A stretch of 64,000 nt of DNA, taken from positions 59,768,001-59,832,000 of the forward strand of contig OZ287751.1 of NCBI GenBank assembly GCA_965649765.1, read 5' to 3'. Below are positions 49,934 to 64,000 of this stretch, one piece after another; positions within the stretch are counted from its first letter, which is position 1; each line of letters begins with the position of its first letter. The position numbers and the translations under genes are program-made. The notes under the pieces are model-generated. The model made no database searches and had not been told where the DNA came from. It worked only from the letters and a program-made list of their open reading frames with translations. Origin of the DNA: Bispira polyomma. Lineage: Eukaryota.

Positions 49934-51295
49934 GACGATAGTTATGTGAACAAAATGTATAAAACCTTTTTAAAAACAAACATGAGACTAAAAACAAATA
50001 AAAGACACTTCAACAAGTTCATAAAATAAAAATATACACAAATTTTCTGTACACGTGTTTACCCTTGTCTTGCTGGGTTTAAAACGGGACAGCTGCATGT
50101 GTGGGGTTCACAAGCCAATGCAGGGAGGTTTGTCAAGCTGTGATTGGTTGATACCCTAGTGTGGATAGACAGAGTGTATTAACAAGAATAGTTTTTAGAA
50201 ATGGTTTTTAGGAACTGACACAGCAGCTCCCTAAAGTGTGCTTGCTCGTCAAACTATTGCTCCAGTGTACTGTATCTTTACATATAACATGTTGTTAAAC
50301 AGTTTAGCTTTATTTGTATGTAGTAAATGTATCACAGTCACAACTAGTTGTACTTGTACTGTTATATAAAACATATTGTCACAGTATTGGGTTAGAGCTT
50401 GTATGTAGTTGTACTATAGCTTGGATATGTAGTAAATGCATCATAGTAACAGCTAGTTGTATTTGTACCTTCGTAGATAACATGGTGTTCTGAGGTTGTA
50501 CTATACCTTGTATGTAATGAATACATCATAGTTACAGTTAATTGTATTTGTTTTTTATATTGTTATACTGTTGAGCTATAGCTGTTATGTGGAAATATAT
50601 CATACTTGGGTTTTAAGGCTAGTGCGTAATCTGCGGATATCTAGGCTTTGCACAACAATACATAATGTTGCAAGTATATTTACATATATAGTTATCACTT
50701 ACATAAATGTACCCAAATGTGCATTAGTGTCGCTTAATACAGAATTTATTGTTGAGCCTGTACCATTAGTTTACAAAGATCTTAGAGAATTTAAAGTAAC
50801 ATGTGTTCAAAGTACTGTTAGTTAGGTCAGTTGTGAGTTAGTATAGTAAAAATTAGGTAAAACCAGTCACTGCTCTTTAGACAAGGCTGGGTCTATTTCC
50901 CTTCAAGAATATTCCAATTTAGGTGCCATTTATAGAGAGCTTATATACAATGTAATTGTAAACAATGGTAATAATATATGTTTAACCCAAATCACATAAT
51001 TGACTTCAATATTAATAAAACGTGTACAAATGGACTTTATTAGATGACACAATATACATATACATTGTACCTACATACATACCATGGTTTCACTGCAAAA
51101 CAAATTTTGTAATGTACATAAATACTAGGAAACCACATAATAGAACATTTCATTTTTTCAAGACTTTTAATACAAGATAGAAACATTTCTATGCCTCTAC
51201 GTTAATAAGAAAATATCAGTTTGAATATAATGTATTGTTTTTAATTACATGTTTCTGTTGCATGAATCTGTTCCTGTGCTTGTCTACCTGTCTTA

Positions 51296-51865
51296 TTCCT
51301 GGTCACATCTACACGTTCTAGAGCTACGTTTGTATCACATTGTGTGGATTTTGGAAACGTTTTGAAACGTAGTAGGAAATGAGGATCCCTGGTGTGTTTG
51401 TTCAGTGACGTTGATTAACAGATGGTATTGTTACGGAAACATATCCATTTCGTCATTTGCGTGTAGCATTTCAAACTGTTTGAAACAGTACAGTCACAGC
51501 TCCCGTTTCTCCCCGTTTCTCTGTCCGTCCCCGAATGTTTTCGAAAATAGCATAGACGTATTAGTGAGTAGCTCTACTTAGTAGTAGGTAGCGAGGAAGT
51601 AGCAGAACGAAGCAGAACGCACCAGTAAGTAGAAGTCTGTAGCTGAATATAGTAGTAGCTAGTGATATCTTACCAGTAAAGGGTCCGTTTTTTGCCCCCT
51701 CTTCCTGTGTACAAGTACCAACATTGTCACAAAACATCACAAAACGTCACAATCGACTACCCCTTTATGGATATGACATCACTTTGATACAACACTAATG
51801 CATTTTCAGTGCATATTGCTTAGGTACGTTGGGGGACGTTAGCACGTGTAGGTGTGACCAGGCCA
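51296..51865. mobile_element. Tourist/Harbinger-type MITE, specific to the copy B region
   Basis: TIRs cctggtcacatctacacgttcta (51298-51320) and tagcacgtgtaggtgtgaccagg (51840-51862); flanking tta..tta; single tta at the empty site (~12779). Confidence 0.85.
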
Positions 51866-52405
51866 TTACCTGTGTTTAAATGTCTGCAATGTTGCATGTA
51901 CTTGCATGTGCAATGTTATCCTTATGTAAGCAATGAAAATTAGTCAAAATATTTAAAATATTTATCGAATTTTAGTCAGGGAATAATATGTTGTGTGTAA
52001 TGGAAATAAAATGAAATACTTACAACATTTATATAAGTTTAGTTGACATGTTAGTTAATGTGCTAATATGTTAATCTAGAATACAGAAAGAGTCGAAGCA
52101 AATTCTCTGCCATTTTGTACATACAAATCTTCTTATTGCATCCGGTAATTACCTCTATATAAGAGAGTAAACTTATTTTTAAATATGATACAGAGACATT
52201 CTTTTACATATAAGCCCGTCAGTGGACTGTGGGCTTTGTATATGTACAGTACTTATTTTAATAAAAGTACCCTCCCTAATAAACATAGAACAAATTGCTC
52301 TTTGTTGTAAATTAAAAACATATCTCTACAATAAATAAATGAATAGATTTTAATCATCAACATCTACATAAGATATCTTTCCGTAAAGACCAGGTCTCCC
52401 AATTC

Positions 52406-55400
52406 TCAATAATGGTTGCTGCTGTAGAACTTGCTGTCAATAGGCTGTTGTCCTGACGTCCTACCTATTACATCTCTTCTCAGGCCCAGACTCAGGTTAT
52501 TTTGACTCACACTCTGACCATCACTTAACACCTCAGCATAATCATTTCTAGAAGAGGACCTCAGATGGTGGGGCACAGACCTGGGGGGAACCTTGATCTC
52601 ATACCAGACCTTCAACTGACTGCCATTCCCATGTCTTCTCTGATGCCTGTGTTGGTCTATCCTAGAGGGAGTTGTACTGGTGTGGCCATAAAAAGAAGGG
52701 TTGCTACCTGAAATAATTAAAAGATAACATCTCTCATTATCATAATATCATACAATTGATTTATAATAATAATGTATAGACTCATGAACCTCTACCTTTG
52801 ATTGGGCTACTCTTTGTTTGATAGTGATTGCCACAGAGGATGTCTAAACATAATCTATAGCACTGAAGAATTTGGTATTAACATTTAAGCATATTATCTT
52901 ATAGCATTGTAGCATGTATATGTTTAGTGATGATGTCATGTCTAAGTCATATTAGAACTTAAACTTTGTATGCACAGTTGGTGAACTCCCAAAACGGGGG
53001 AAGACATGTACCAAATATTACAGATACATTAAACAAAACTGTTATTGCTAAGCATCTCAGGCTGTTATTAGATTTACTTTTTTACCATGGTTTTTGTTAC
53101 AGATAAGGTCTAGACTAACCATAAGCATTTCCACCCAATAGCTCACCTCTACTTAGGTAGCCAGTGCTTCGTGTCATCTGGCTAGTGGAGCCAAATCTAT
53201 GGTTGTCATAGGAATGTGTACTGGTGTTGTAGTCAACATCACAAAGCCTCCTTTTCACAGGGTTATTACTCTTTCTGAAGGAAAATAATGAGATTACTTA
53301 ACCACTACTGATATCAAGTACCAATTGAGCAGTACAAAACATCTGATTGTAATCATCGCTGAGTTTTTAAATTTAAAAATTTTGTTGGGTTTTACTATGC
53401 ATTTAACAGCTTGCGTCATATAATGAGGACACGATGGAGGAAGCAATTTCATTTGCACTCTGCAAACCACTAGCCTATGGCAAGTACAAAGTTCCCATCT
53501 GAAGAAACAGATGGATTCGAACCCCCATTGGGGAGAGACCAGTGATTATGAAGTGTAAGTTTCTGACCACCAGGATACAGCAGTGAAACCTTAACATAGA
53601 TAGACATAATCTGATATGGTACTCCTGTATTTAACCATTAACTGTTTATTAATGCTAACAATCTAAGAACTCACCTATTCTTCAGGAGACAGATCAACAC
53701 AGCCACAACACTGAAGATAAGGATGAGTGCAGCGGTGGAGACTCCTGTTGCTACAAAGATCTTTTGTGCTGGATTTAGACCTGTGTCCTCTGTGTCAGCA
53801 TCCCTTACAGACACCTGGAAGCCTAAAATCTAGACAACACAACACATCCGATATAAACAAACTAGGAATATTGTAACTCCTGTTCATCTTTATATATTTA
53901 CATATATTTTTATGCATGATTCACTGATACAAAGAGATAATTTTCAGAAAGGCAGAGGTTACTTTTCCTGTAATACAGTCTCATGTCATTTAACCAGAGT
54001 AAGGAAAAATCATATATGATCCTATCATCTGTATAACAGTTGTATCTCTCAATCAGTCAACATTGTAAATGGATTAAAAACCAAGATACATATTTAATGT
54101 ATTTAATTTTATTTAGGAACTACTTTTAAGTACATAAAGGCTGTAAGCTGCATCTATCACATGTATAAAATACAAACCTCATTTATGGTGTCTTTCTGCT
54201 GTCTGATTGCCTCAACCATAATATCTCTGCTTACATAGATCTGTGTGGCTTCACGTTTAGATCTACTCCTACAAGGAGATGCCAATTCAGTTCGGAGGAC
54301 ACGTCCAATAATTTGTACCCTGAAAAATATTTACTACATAGGGTACCTACTACATAGGGCAGTACATATTTGAACCTAAATGGACAATACAACTTTCAGA
54401 ATCAAACTCTGCAGCCAAAATAAACTACCTAATATACTACCTACTATATGGTCTAAATGGACATTCATGTGAAATACAAAACAAGATTTACACAAAAAAT
54501 GGTAAATAGTAATAGAAGAAACTAGAAACCATCATTAAATTTGACATTTGAAGGTATTACACATAAGTTTAAGGTGTTATATCACTTACATTATTTCATT
54601 TTCTCCATTTTCTTTTGGGAAACCATTTGCAAGGTATACATTGTGTGTTCCAAAAATATTGAAGATTTCTGATGATCCACTACAAACAAAACATGTATTT
54701 ATGACTGATCCTTGATATCACCAAATTACATTTAGCTTACAAACTCTAACACTTCAGACACATAAACTTTTTCGTGGCTCTAAAAACACAACTACATTTG
54801 AGACAAAATGTTGGCAGAACATATTAATTCTGACATTAAATACAAAATGGTAACTGTGCCAAAAGTAGCTAATACAAAATGTTAATATATTTATTCTATA
54901 AGCATAACAAACAATGTCAGGACTCAAAATACAAAATTGTCCTTACTGGGAATACACATGTTAAAGGTCAGTGACTTTGAAACAGTCTAGCTGCCATTAT
55001 TCTGCAGTATACACATGGTAATGTTTGATTAAAGAGACCCATGGAGTATTTGTGTTATCTTATATTTGTCTCACCTGTAGGTTTGAGTAGCAGAAAGCAT
55101 TTGACAGCATTTAGCATTGTTATTCGTGCAGTAGTCATTGACACCTTCAGACACTAACTCTAGAAATCTATCTTCTTCATATAAGAACTGTAAAGAAATA
55201 AGAGTGCTAAATTTAACAATGGGGTCCTCGGTGATATATGTTCATTTGTGGGTTTGAATCCTGGTATTTATGTGGTAAAGTGGAGAGTTAACTTGCTAAA
55301 GACTGGTGGGTTGCAGAGCAGAAATCCATGACCAACTATGGTGCTAACATGCTCTGATTTTCTCTACCAGGGAAATGCCTGTTGCTATATAAAACAAGAC

Positions 55401-58400
55401 ATGTTGAAAGTGGCTGTCAACCTAACTTAAACTAAATTTACTCCAGAAATTACTGTAAATTGTTGCAGTCAGTCTGCTTTTTCTTTCAGTCTTTTTCAGT
55501 CTGTTTTGTATCATGATCATATTTATATATCTGGACATGCCACAGAATTGCAGACTCTGACTTCAATTTTGGCTGTGTATTCTGAATTGTCAGTGTTTCT
55601 GAATAAGGCTGTATATATATGTACTGTGATATTACATAGATAAAACCAGTAGCTATGAAATTATCAACACTAGTCCATATTATTGTGGAGGGATAAAGAC
55701 TTTGCATATAGAATTGTATTTGTATGGTATAATGAAATTAGAGTCCATTGTTACCTCTATCATGGTTGGTCCAGTCACCTCTGTAACTGCTCCATGGTCA
55801 GATTCCTCAGGTTTTTCTGTTGTTAGAGGCATATTGGTTTTCACTATTAATCTAATTTAGGTTTGGTAAATCAAAATTAGTTGATGTACATGTGAAAGTT
55901 CGACATTGTTTTTGCCATTTAAACAGTAAATTGTATTCCTTCATTACTTACAGTTGAGTCCACCGAATGTATATACATGTATTAATTACTCTGTATAAGT
56001 TCCATTGATGAACATAATCATTTGAAGGGCTCTACTTTTAACTGCTAAACCAATCTAAGTATACACTACAAATGTAAAATGAAGATATTATTAATACATA
56101 CAACATGTGTGTTTCACCTAAGAGCCACCATATCCATGTCCCACTACAAGTATTTCTATTCCCATATGAATGCGTAACATATATTTAACATGTTTACAAA
56201 CACATGTATACAACACATATATGATCCTATCTGCCACTGTGGCCTAAAGGCTAACATACTTGCTTAGGAACACAGTTGGGTTAAATCTTATCCTGGGGAT
56301 AGATAAAAAGTGGTTGTCTTAAATTATTAGTTCTTTTTGTCAAAAATTTGGAAATGTTCATCAGCAAGCATCTCCTTCAGTTAAGGCGATGACATTAATT
56401 GTTTCTGGTTGACCGTACTTGGACAGTCAATAAAAGGTTAATGTGCTCTTTGAATAACAGATAAAAGTAGATATATGTGTAGAATATAAATTTGTATCAT
56501 GATCATATTTATATACCTGGACATGCCACAGAATTGCAGACTCTGACTTCAATGTCATTCTTTTCACAAGTATCTGTCAACAGACATGTCCTTTGCCTGC
56601 TCTGACGTCCATAGTCACAGGTTTTAGAGCAGGTGGTATATGCTGACCATTGGCTCCACACACCACTTCTCACATCAACATCACAGAGCTGCCCTGTGTA
56701 GTGAGCTTCACAAAGACACTTATACCCAGCGCCAATCACTTGACATGTGCCATGTTCACATGGAGAGGACAGGCAATACTCTAACATTGTTTCACAGTTT
56801 TTGCCAGTAAAGCCATCTACACAGTTACAAGAATAGTTGTCCATCCCATCAATACAGCTTCCATTCACACAAGGATGGCTGCTACATTCATCGATATTGG
56901 TTTTGCAATTCATGCCGGTGTAGCCTGGAGTGCACTCACAAATGTACTGGTTTATGTTATTGTTACATAATCCGTGATGACAGGGATCACTTAAGCATTC
57001 ATCAATGTCTTGATCACAGTTGACACCATCGAATCCACTGTTACACTCACAACTATATGTATTTATGCCATCAACACAGTTACCATGTAAACACGGGGAA
57101 CTTTGACACTCATCTATATCCTCTTTACATAAAGTACCACTGTATCCTGCATTACAAGAACATGTAAACATGGCAACAGCATCAGTGCAGGAACCATGGA
57201 TGCAAGGATCAGACAGACATTCATCTAGTTCATGTTCACAATGCTGTCCTGTATAGCCATTGTAGCACTGACATTGATAAGATGCAAGGGAGTCCATACA
57301 TTCACCTTTTACACAAGGTGATGAAAAACATTTATCCACCTCAGTTTCACAGTAGCTTCCAGTAAAACCTTCCCAACAATCACATTTATAGTCAGTAATG
57401 CCATCTATACATGTACCTTTCCCACAGACCACTCCATCACAGTCATCAATATTTATCAGACATAGTTCACCTGTAAAACCTTCAGGGCAGGTACACTGGT
57501 ACTTACCACTGCCATCTGATGCTAAAGGTATGCAGATGGCATTACCTGGACATGGACAATCAATCACAGTCAGATTCACCAATACAATTGTATTTAGATT
57601 ACAATCATCTATCAGTATAATTGGTACAGACACATTTTGTGTCAAGCTTCCTTTCCATAGTAGTGTGTTATCCTCTTGAAGTTCCACATATAAACTATCT
57701 GACTGACTCTGTAAAGCAAACCTTAAAGCTCTACCTTCCGGGTCAAAGCTGTGTTCTCCAATCTGGATAATTACCTCTTCATCCATTATCCTCTGGTACA
57801 TAGATGAGATATTGTGCACAGGAGGATAATTGTCTGTAACACATTGATAAAAAGTATTTAGATAGCTGTTAATTGTTTATATAGGTTACATTAGAATGTA
57901 ACTTTGCAAGTAGGATTGAAAACAAAATGTTTTAGAAATCTATAAAGGATCATGTCGATATTGATAAAAGTAACATTTTGCTTATAATTTAAACAATATG
58001 TGTGACACACTACCATTGTTTCCCTTTAAAATAATAATATCCAAAAAATACACATCATTAGTTTTTGTATTTTTTAATAGGTTTTGTAAGATTTAACAAC
58101 TTCCTATTGAGACTTAAACAATGATTTGTATAAAAAGTAGTGTCTAGTATACATGACTTTTAGGCTTTATATTATAACATATCAATAAATACCTAATATT
58201 ATGTCAATTACATATCATCCAAAGTAGGAAATGTAGAATATATTTGTCACTTACATGAAGAAGCAGACCATGTCTCTTTGCCAGTTGTTGGATCACACAG
58301 CAAACAATCAGTGTCAGGATTGAGGTCTTCAGGGTCATAGCAAGTACCATCAATGGAGCACATTGTACTCTGTATTAATATAGATTAGACCCAAGTAAAA

Positions 58401-61400
58401 AAAACGTCCATAAAATGAAGAATAAATTTGTGCTCAGTACAGCATACAAATTCACGATAAACACCTAGTTAATGTCATGGACGTTTTCACTGTAAAGAGT
58501 GATCAGAATATAAACGGCATGAAGCAGTCAGTAGCAACTACTTAAAATAATAAAGATTTGTAAAACTATATAGGTGTTTGAAATATTATCTGGCATTTTG
58601 ATTATAATATTAGTGCTATTTTACTTAGTTGGGACAATAATACAATTTCTGGTAGTATGTCAACCAGTTCACCTTTTTTATCGCAGACCATCGAGAACAG
58701 AACCAAGTAAATTGTTGTAATTAGTTTGAAATTGCTGTATGTAAGTCTTTGCCACAGAGCATGGATATCAGAAGCAGTTTGAATGTACATGAAACTGTTG
58801 GAAAATGTTTGAGACGAATAAGTAGCATAAGGCAACATGGAGTAGCAAAGACTAATATTTCATCAGCCCTGTAGCGTAGTTCAGCCAGGGAACCTCTATC
58901 AGAACAATACCACATGCACATGCACAATTACACATACCAGAACTTGACATTCCTGTACAGCAGAGCACTGAATACAGCTCCCATTAAACACTGTCATTAC
59001 TCCTGGTGTACCAAAGTCCTGTTCATTCTTTGTGACACTGATGTGAAATGTTAATAGATTTAACTCTGAGAAGATCTTAGAAGCAGGCAACACACACAGA
59101 AGTTCATCCTGACCTTGGAAGCTGGCATTTGTGAAAAAAGTGTCGGCTGTCTTTGCAACCTTAAACCACAAAAGCAATTTATTTTATATTGCAAACTTAT
59201 TTGGAAATACTAATAGACACGATCACACAATAAACAACAACCCAGCAATATTAAGTCAATAGGTTTAATGTTATTGTAGACTCGGAATTACACTTCCATT
59301 TTTACACTTAGCATTTTGACTGTACCTACATCAAGTGAAAACACTAATTACAAACATTAACTGTATTCTACCTCAGAGCTTTAGTTCTCTGAATGTGTCT
59401 CTTTATAATCTAAACATATCTATTTCCTCCTGTGTGGGAAGAGCTAACCTCCCCTCCCCCAGAAGTAGGGAGTTAAAGTACCTGTATTCTACATGTGAAG
59501 TTTGCTGTTGCTGGTATGTTTTCCACCCTGAGTAGTACACTACCACAGGGCTGTATGTGTGTATCACACACACCACTGTTAGCCACTGACACCACATTAG
59601 GGATAGATGAAGAGTTTACAGAACAATCCACACCTTCAAAGCCTATAATAGTCAAGTGAAATTCATTATAAATTAGTTAAAAAAATATCAGCTTTTGAGA
59701 TTCATTTTCGTTTTTCTCAAACTTAAAATAATAGAGTATGATACTCTATGAAATATATATATATAATATATAATACTAATAAGTTCCCTCCATATTTGGT
59801 AACATCTGGTTCAACTCCCTGTGCACCAAATGTTAAATCTGTTCCAAGCATGTGGTAGGTTTTCTTATAATGGAGGCATCCATCTATAATTGTTTAACCA
59901 ACCATGCACCACGGAACACAAAGTACTACATTAATTGGTATGATTAGGAAGTTTGTGAAATGATTAAGCAAAGTGTATGATGATGCCACACTTTAGGGGA
60001 CTATTGTGAAACAATGTGCAATGTTTTGATCGGGATGGCTAAAATCATCTGTGTAGGTGTGACCTAGGCATCAGTCAGATACCCCTTTCTGGTAGAAGTA
60101 AAATGATTGTGTCACAAAGAATACCCTTTCTATTTTATAATACCATATTTAGTAGATGCCCTTTATTCTTGTTGATGTTTAACTCTCAATCAGGTTCAAT
60201 TATGTAATATGTGGTGAACTACATACATCATTTCATCTACTTTAAAATATGTACTGAAATACACTTTGTTGTCAAAACTTCTACTAAGATTGGTTTCAAA
60301 CTCAAATGTATATATATATATATATATGTTCTCCTGTTGTTCTATACAAAAAAAAATGCCTCTTCTATTTTGCATTTTATTATCTTAACAATATGTACCT
60401 CTCCTAGGATATTCGAATAATGAAGGTTATATAGCTATACAAATAGTGCATGCACACTACCTTGATGGCAGTAGCAGACAGCGTTGGCACAAGTCCCTTG
60501 CCCACTACACTGGTTAGTACAGATGTCAGCTGTAACTGCCTCCACTAAACCTACCACCACCTGGCTGATGTCTACAGCTGTGGTGTTCCCCTCACTCTCT
60601 GTCACATTAGACTGAAGGATGACCTGTATACAGTTCTCTCTCACCTCTTCTACCTTGTCTGAGGCCCAGTCCAAGTCATCACTGACCTAATGCACAGAGA
60701 AAATAGTTAACGTCTTAGTATTTGAGTTTACAAAGTAACCGCTATTGCCCAGGACCTTGGAATGCCTAAATATTGTAAACTATACTCCAGATGCATCAAG
60801 CTAAATGGAATTAAAGTTAATCCTTTAAACATTCTGTAGAGTTACATTTCTTCTTGAAAGTGTGGTGTGTAGAGAAAATGATAATTTACTGTGTATTGTA
60901 CAAATTATGGCCATAAGCATTGCAATTTTAGGGCAACATGGCTATGTTGAAAAAATAATAAAAATGATTTATACAGTAGGATTTACCTGTATGTCTTCTA
61001 CACACTTTCCTATAACTTTATCCAGCTGTGTAGTGTAGGTAACACAGCCTGCCACTGACTTAGTCAAAGATGTATTACAGTGTACCCAGGCTTGATCTTC
61101 TGTTATACCAGAAGCAGTGGGCCAGTACACATTTATTTCATTGGAGGAGTTAGTGTCGTAGTTAAAGTCGCCAGGATTATACACATAGTCTACATTATCT
61201 GTCTCCTGACCAATAGACAGACTCCGTTTCCTCCTCTCAATGGAGGTAAACACCAGACTGGTGGTGATTGGAAACTGGGCATTTGTGATAATGTTGTACA
61301 CTAGCTGGTCTGTGACACTTCCACAAGGAATTTCTTCCTCAAGTGCTTTCAAGGAGCAGTAGCAGAACACAGATACACCAGAAACACCAGGTGTTAGTGG

Positions 61401-63895
61401 GTCGGGATCCCTCTCAAAGAAACTCTGGCCTACAGGGATCCTGCAGGAAAGATGAATGAAATTAGCATTGTGAAATGCATTGTGTTTTCAACTAATTAAT
61501 TATACTTTTATAATAGATGAGCTATATGTGTCTGCTTATACTTAATCTACATGCTAGAAGAAAATAATACATTCCCCACCCATTTTGTAGGGATCTTGTT
61601 TACTATTAATTTAATGCATTTTTAACATGCTTTATTGATGCTAGGCATCTTCTAAAGTGCAACAGCAGAATCATTGATCCAATCCTGTGATCTATGCCTC
61701 TCTTTAGGTTACTGAAAGAGAGAAGAGAAGCCTGGTGGAAGGGCTTTTAAGGGACTACAACTTGGAATATGGTAACATGAATTTTAAATAAAATTTTATA
61801 ATGAATGAGAAGCCAGTTTAGTCTTTTAAGGAATGGAATGACATCAGTGCGACTGCCCAGGCGAAAAGGAACCTGCATACGTAGTGTAACTTTAGTAGAT
61901 ATGCTTTGTTACCTCCAACTATTGATAAAATCATCAAGTGCTGTGACATCATCTACAGATGCAACAGAGTTAGAATTTCTGAATTTCAGGTCATTTTGTC
62001 TATTGTTGTCATAGGTTCCACATAGTCCCTCTGTCTTTCCAAAGTCTTGTCCCAGTACTCGCACAATGACATTCATCCCCCAGGAGTAGACGTAGACATT
62101 GGCATATGCACCAGAAGGAGTACTGATCTGTGGAAAAAACAATGGCTTGGTTTGTTGTAAGTAGGGATATAGGTTAACTAGATAACAGGGCAAACACTTC
62201 AGTAACTATACTGGATGACCAAAGCTATGTAAATGTAAATGTGTAGGTTTATAGTCTAATATCACCCCACTTGAGGTCTCATCCGACTAAAGAATTATTT
62301 AGACCTACAAGCCTGGAATCTTCCACTTATCAACCAGTTATTCACTCTCTGCTTTCTGAGGGAACATACTAGCCATGCTGCCACATACAGCGCAAAGAGT
62401 AACACCTATTCCTGACCCAGTACCCATTTATACCCCTAGGTGCAAAGGGACAACTTTGTGTGAAATACCTTGTCCAAAGGGTAAAATATTAAGGCCAGAA
62501 GCGAAGATTGAACCTTGGACCCTCTGATCCAAAGTCAAATACTCTAACCACAAAGACCACACTAAACCTGTTGTGTAATTAATGGCTGACATCTCAATAT
62601 GGATATTACCTTAAAATCTTTAGCAAAACAACCTGACAACATAAAGCATATAATATTTTATTAGCTTTATCACATACTTCAAGTACATGTCATTTTAATA
62701 CACTGATAAACTATTTATAGTATTTAGCAGATTTATTGTAGAGTTTTAATATTAAATTACAGTCAAATCAATTTTGTTTCATATCTTACAGTGTGTGCAC
62801 TGCCACCATTAGAGGTAATTTTCATTCCCTGTGTTAGTTGTCCAGTACTTGTGGCAGTTCTGTGGAGTTTCTTCACGGTTGTTGTGTTACACATATCCAT
62901 GATGAGTACATCATTACCTTCCCTGACTGCCACAGCACACACACATGCTACAATCACACCTCTGCTACATTTCTCTGTGCGTATATGGACCTAGAAACAC
63001 AACAATGGACTGATACAATGCCACAGATCACTTAAATGAGGGCATTATATATATAAGTCAGATAGGTAGACATTGTTTACATACAATGGATGTTTTCTAA
63101 CTTAGATTTACAGACTATGCAATCAAAGTAACATTATTACTAACAAACAATGGTCGCATAAAAAATAACTTTTGTAGCTCACCTCAAATTCTCGAACACT
63201 GTTACTTTTGACCATCACTAACTGGCCTGTTAGATACTCATTGTAATATCTGCAAATACACACAATACCTTCACAATCCTAAAAGTTAAACTTGATGTAC
63301 ATATATGTCGCTGTGGTCTACTAGGTAACCATTACCAGTCTTGAACCACAAAGTATATAGAATGCCAGTCCTCTGTCATGGGGTATTGAGTTCAATCTCC
63401 AGTAGTAGGCTAAAGAACCAAAATGGGACATTTTAAAATGGTCATCTTATACATATCTGTGAATGTGGTCCAGTAGGTAACTGGTCCCAGTCTAGGACCA
63501 CCAGGTATATACAATGGAGGTCTTCTGTCTCTCATTGGGTATTAGGTCGTATCCCCAGTAGCAGGCTATAGAACCTTGGGACCAATGTTAAATGGTTATC
63601 CTCAAGCCTCTGTCTTTGGTTAGGAGGAATGACAGTTACTATTGGTATTAAGCTCTACTTGGTCAATCACAAAAAGGTTAATTACTGAATAAAATATACA
63701 GGTAAAAACATTTTAATACAAGAAATACAACAATACAATATCAGAAACATGATCCCATTTTATCTTCCAATATTATGTATCAGCAACATTTCGAATTTAA
63801 CATGTTACTCACAGGTTGTCAAAAGTAGTCATTCTTGGATCTCCACTTGCTACACAAGAAGCCCCAAGTTCACTTGCAGGATCATATCTGTAGAC
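52406..63895 (-). CDS. Copy B: exons 10-26 of the paralogous VWD-EGFx8-TSP1-TM gene; the 5' part lies beyond the window
   Basis: Exons 63813-63895, 63183-63249, 62790-62990, 61913-62127, 60987-61440, 60461-60686, 59482-59642, 58938-59159, 58255-58369, 56517-57833, 55755-55816, 55075-55187, 54590-54679, 54178-54319, 53675-53829, 53147-53274, 52406-52707. Phases are consistent and no lesion was seen. Confidence 0.88.
56517..57833 (-). CDS. Copy B exon 19: 8 EGF-like repeats plus TSP1
   Basis: 436-aa ORF nearly identical to 17515-18825. Confidence 0.95.
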
Positions 63896-64000
63896 CTAGA
63901 TTTTGAAATGCAAATTATGAGTTTTATGGCCACAACGATGAAGGAGTATAATTTTACTATTGTAAAACTACAAAAAAATTTCAAACTTATCCGGGATACA

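Larger units (their letters stand above)
44823..50251 (-). mobile_element. YR retrotransposon 3 (Ngaro/PAT-like), full length, boundaries set by a paralogous empty site
   Basis: Flanks gtgtaattatag (to 44822) and aactattgctc (from 50252) are contiguous at 11780-11802; no TSD; gag, RT/RH, YR order. Confidence 0.92.
44727..64000 (+). repeat. Segmental direct duplication of the region from ~11680 to at least ~25180
   Basis: Exons, introns and 3' flank align colinearly. Similarity begins at gttcatc.tgtacattttagacaacc (11679 and 44727). Confidence 0.92.

Overview
AT-rich metazoan genomic DNA, probably from a lophotrochozoan such as a mollusc (inferred from repeat types). (1) Host gene: two tandem minus-strand paralogues of a spliced type-I membrane protein gene (signal peptide, NIDO, VWD, furin site, 8 EGF, TSP1, second furin site, TM, Tyr-motif tail; about 1,880 aa). 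Copy A (13306-40401, 26 exons reconstructed by hand with consistent phases) has a nonsense codon and a frameshift. Copy B (52406 to beyond the window end) is open in every exon checked. (2) Three divergent, degenerate tyrosine-recombinase (YR) retrotransposons (gag, RT/RNase H, YR, no methyltransferase; Ngaro/PAT-like): a head-to-head pair at about 591-5454 (-) and 5550-10340 (+), and a third at 44823-50251 (-) whose empty site survives next to copy A. The main observation is that all three keep a phase-1 splice donor at the same gag position and a phase-1 acceptor just before the ATG-less YR frame. This predicts a spliced Gag(N)-YR fusion with pol inside the intron. Gag-pol recoding signals, very short terminal inverted motifs and arrays of 15-bp quasi-palindromes accompany this. 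(3) PIF/Harbinger remnants in intron 1 of copy A, plus a MITE, a LINE 3' end, SINE-like pieces and small repeats. All calls come from reading the sequence; no database searches were run.
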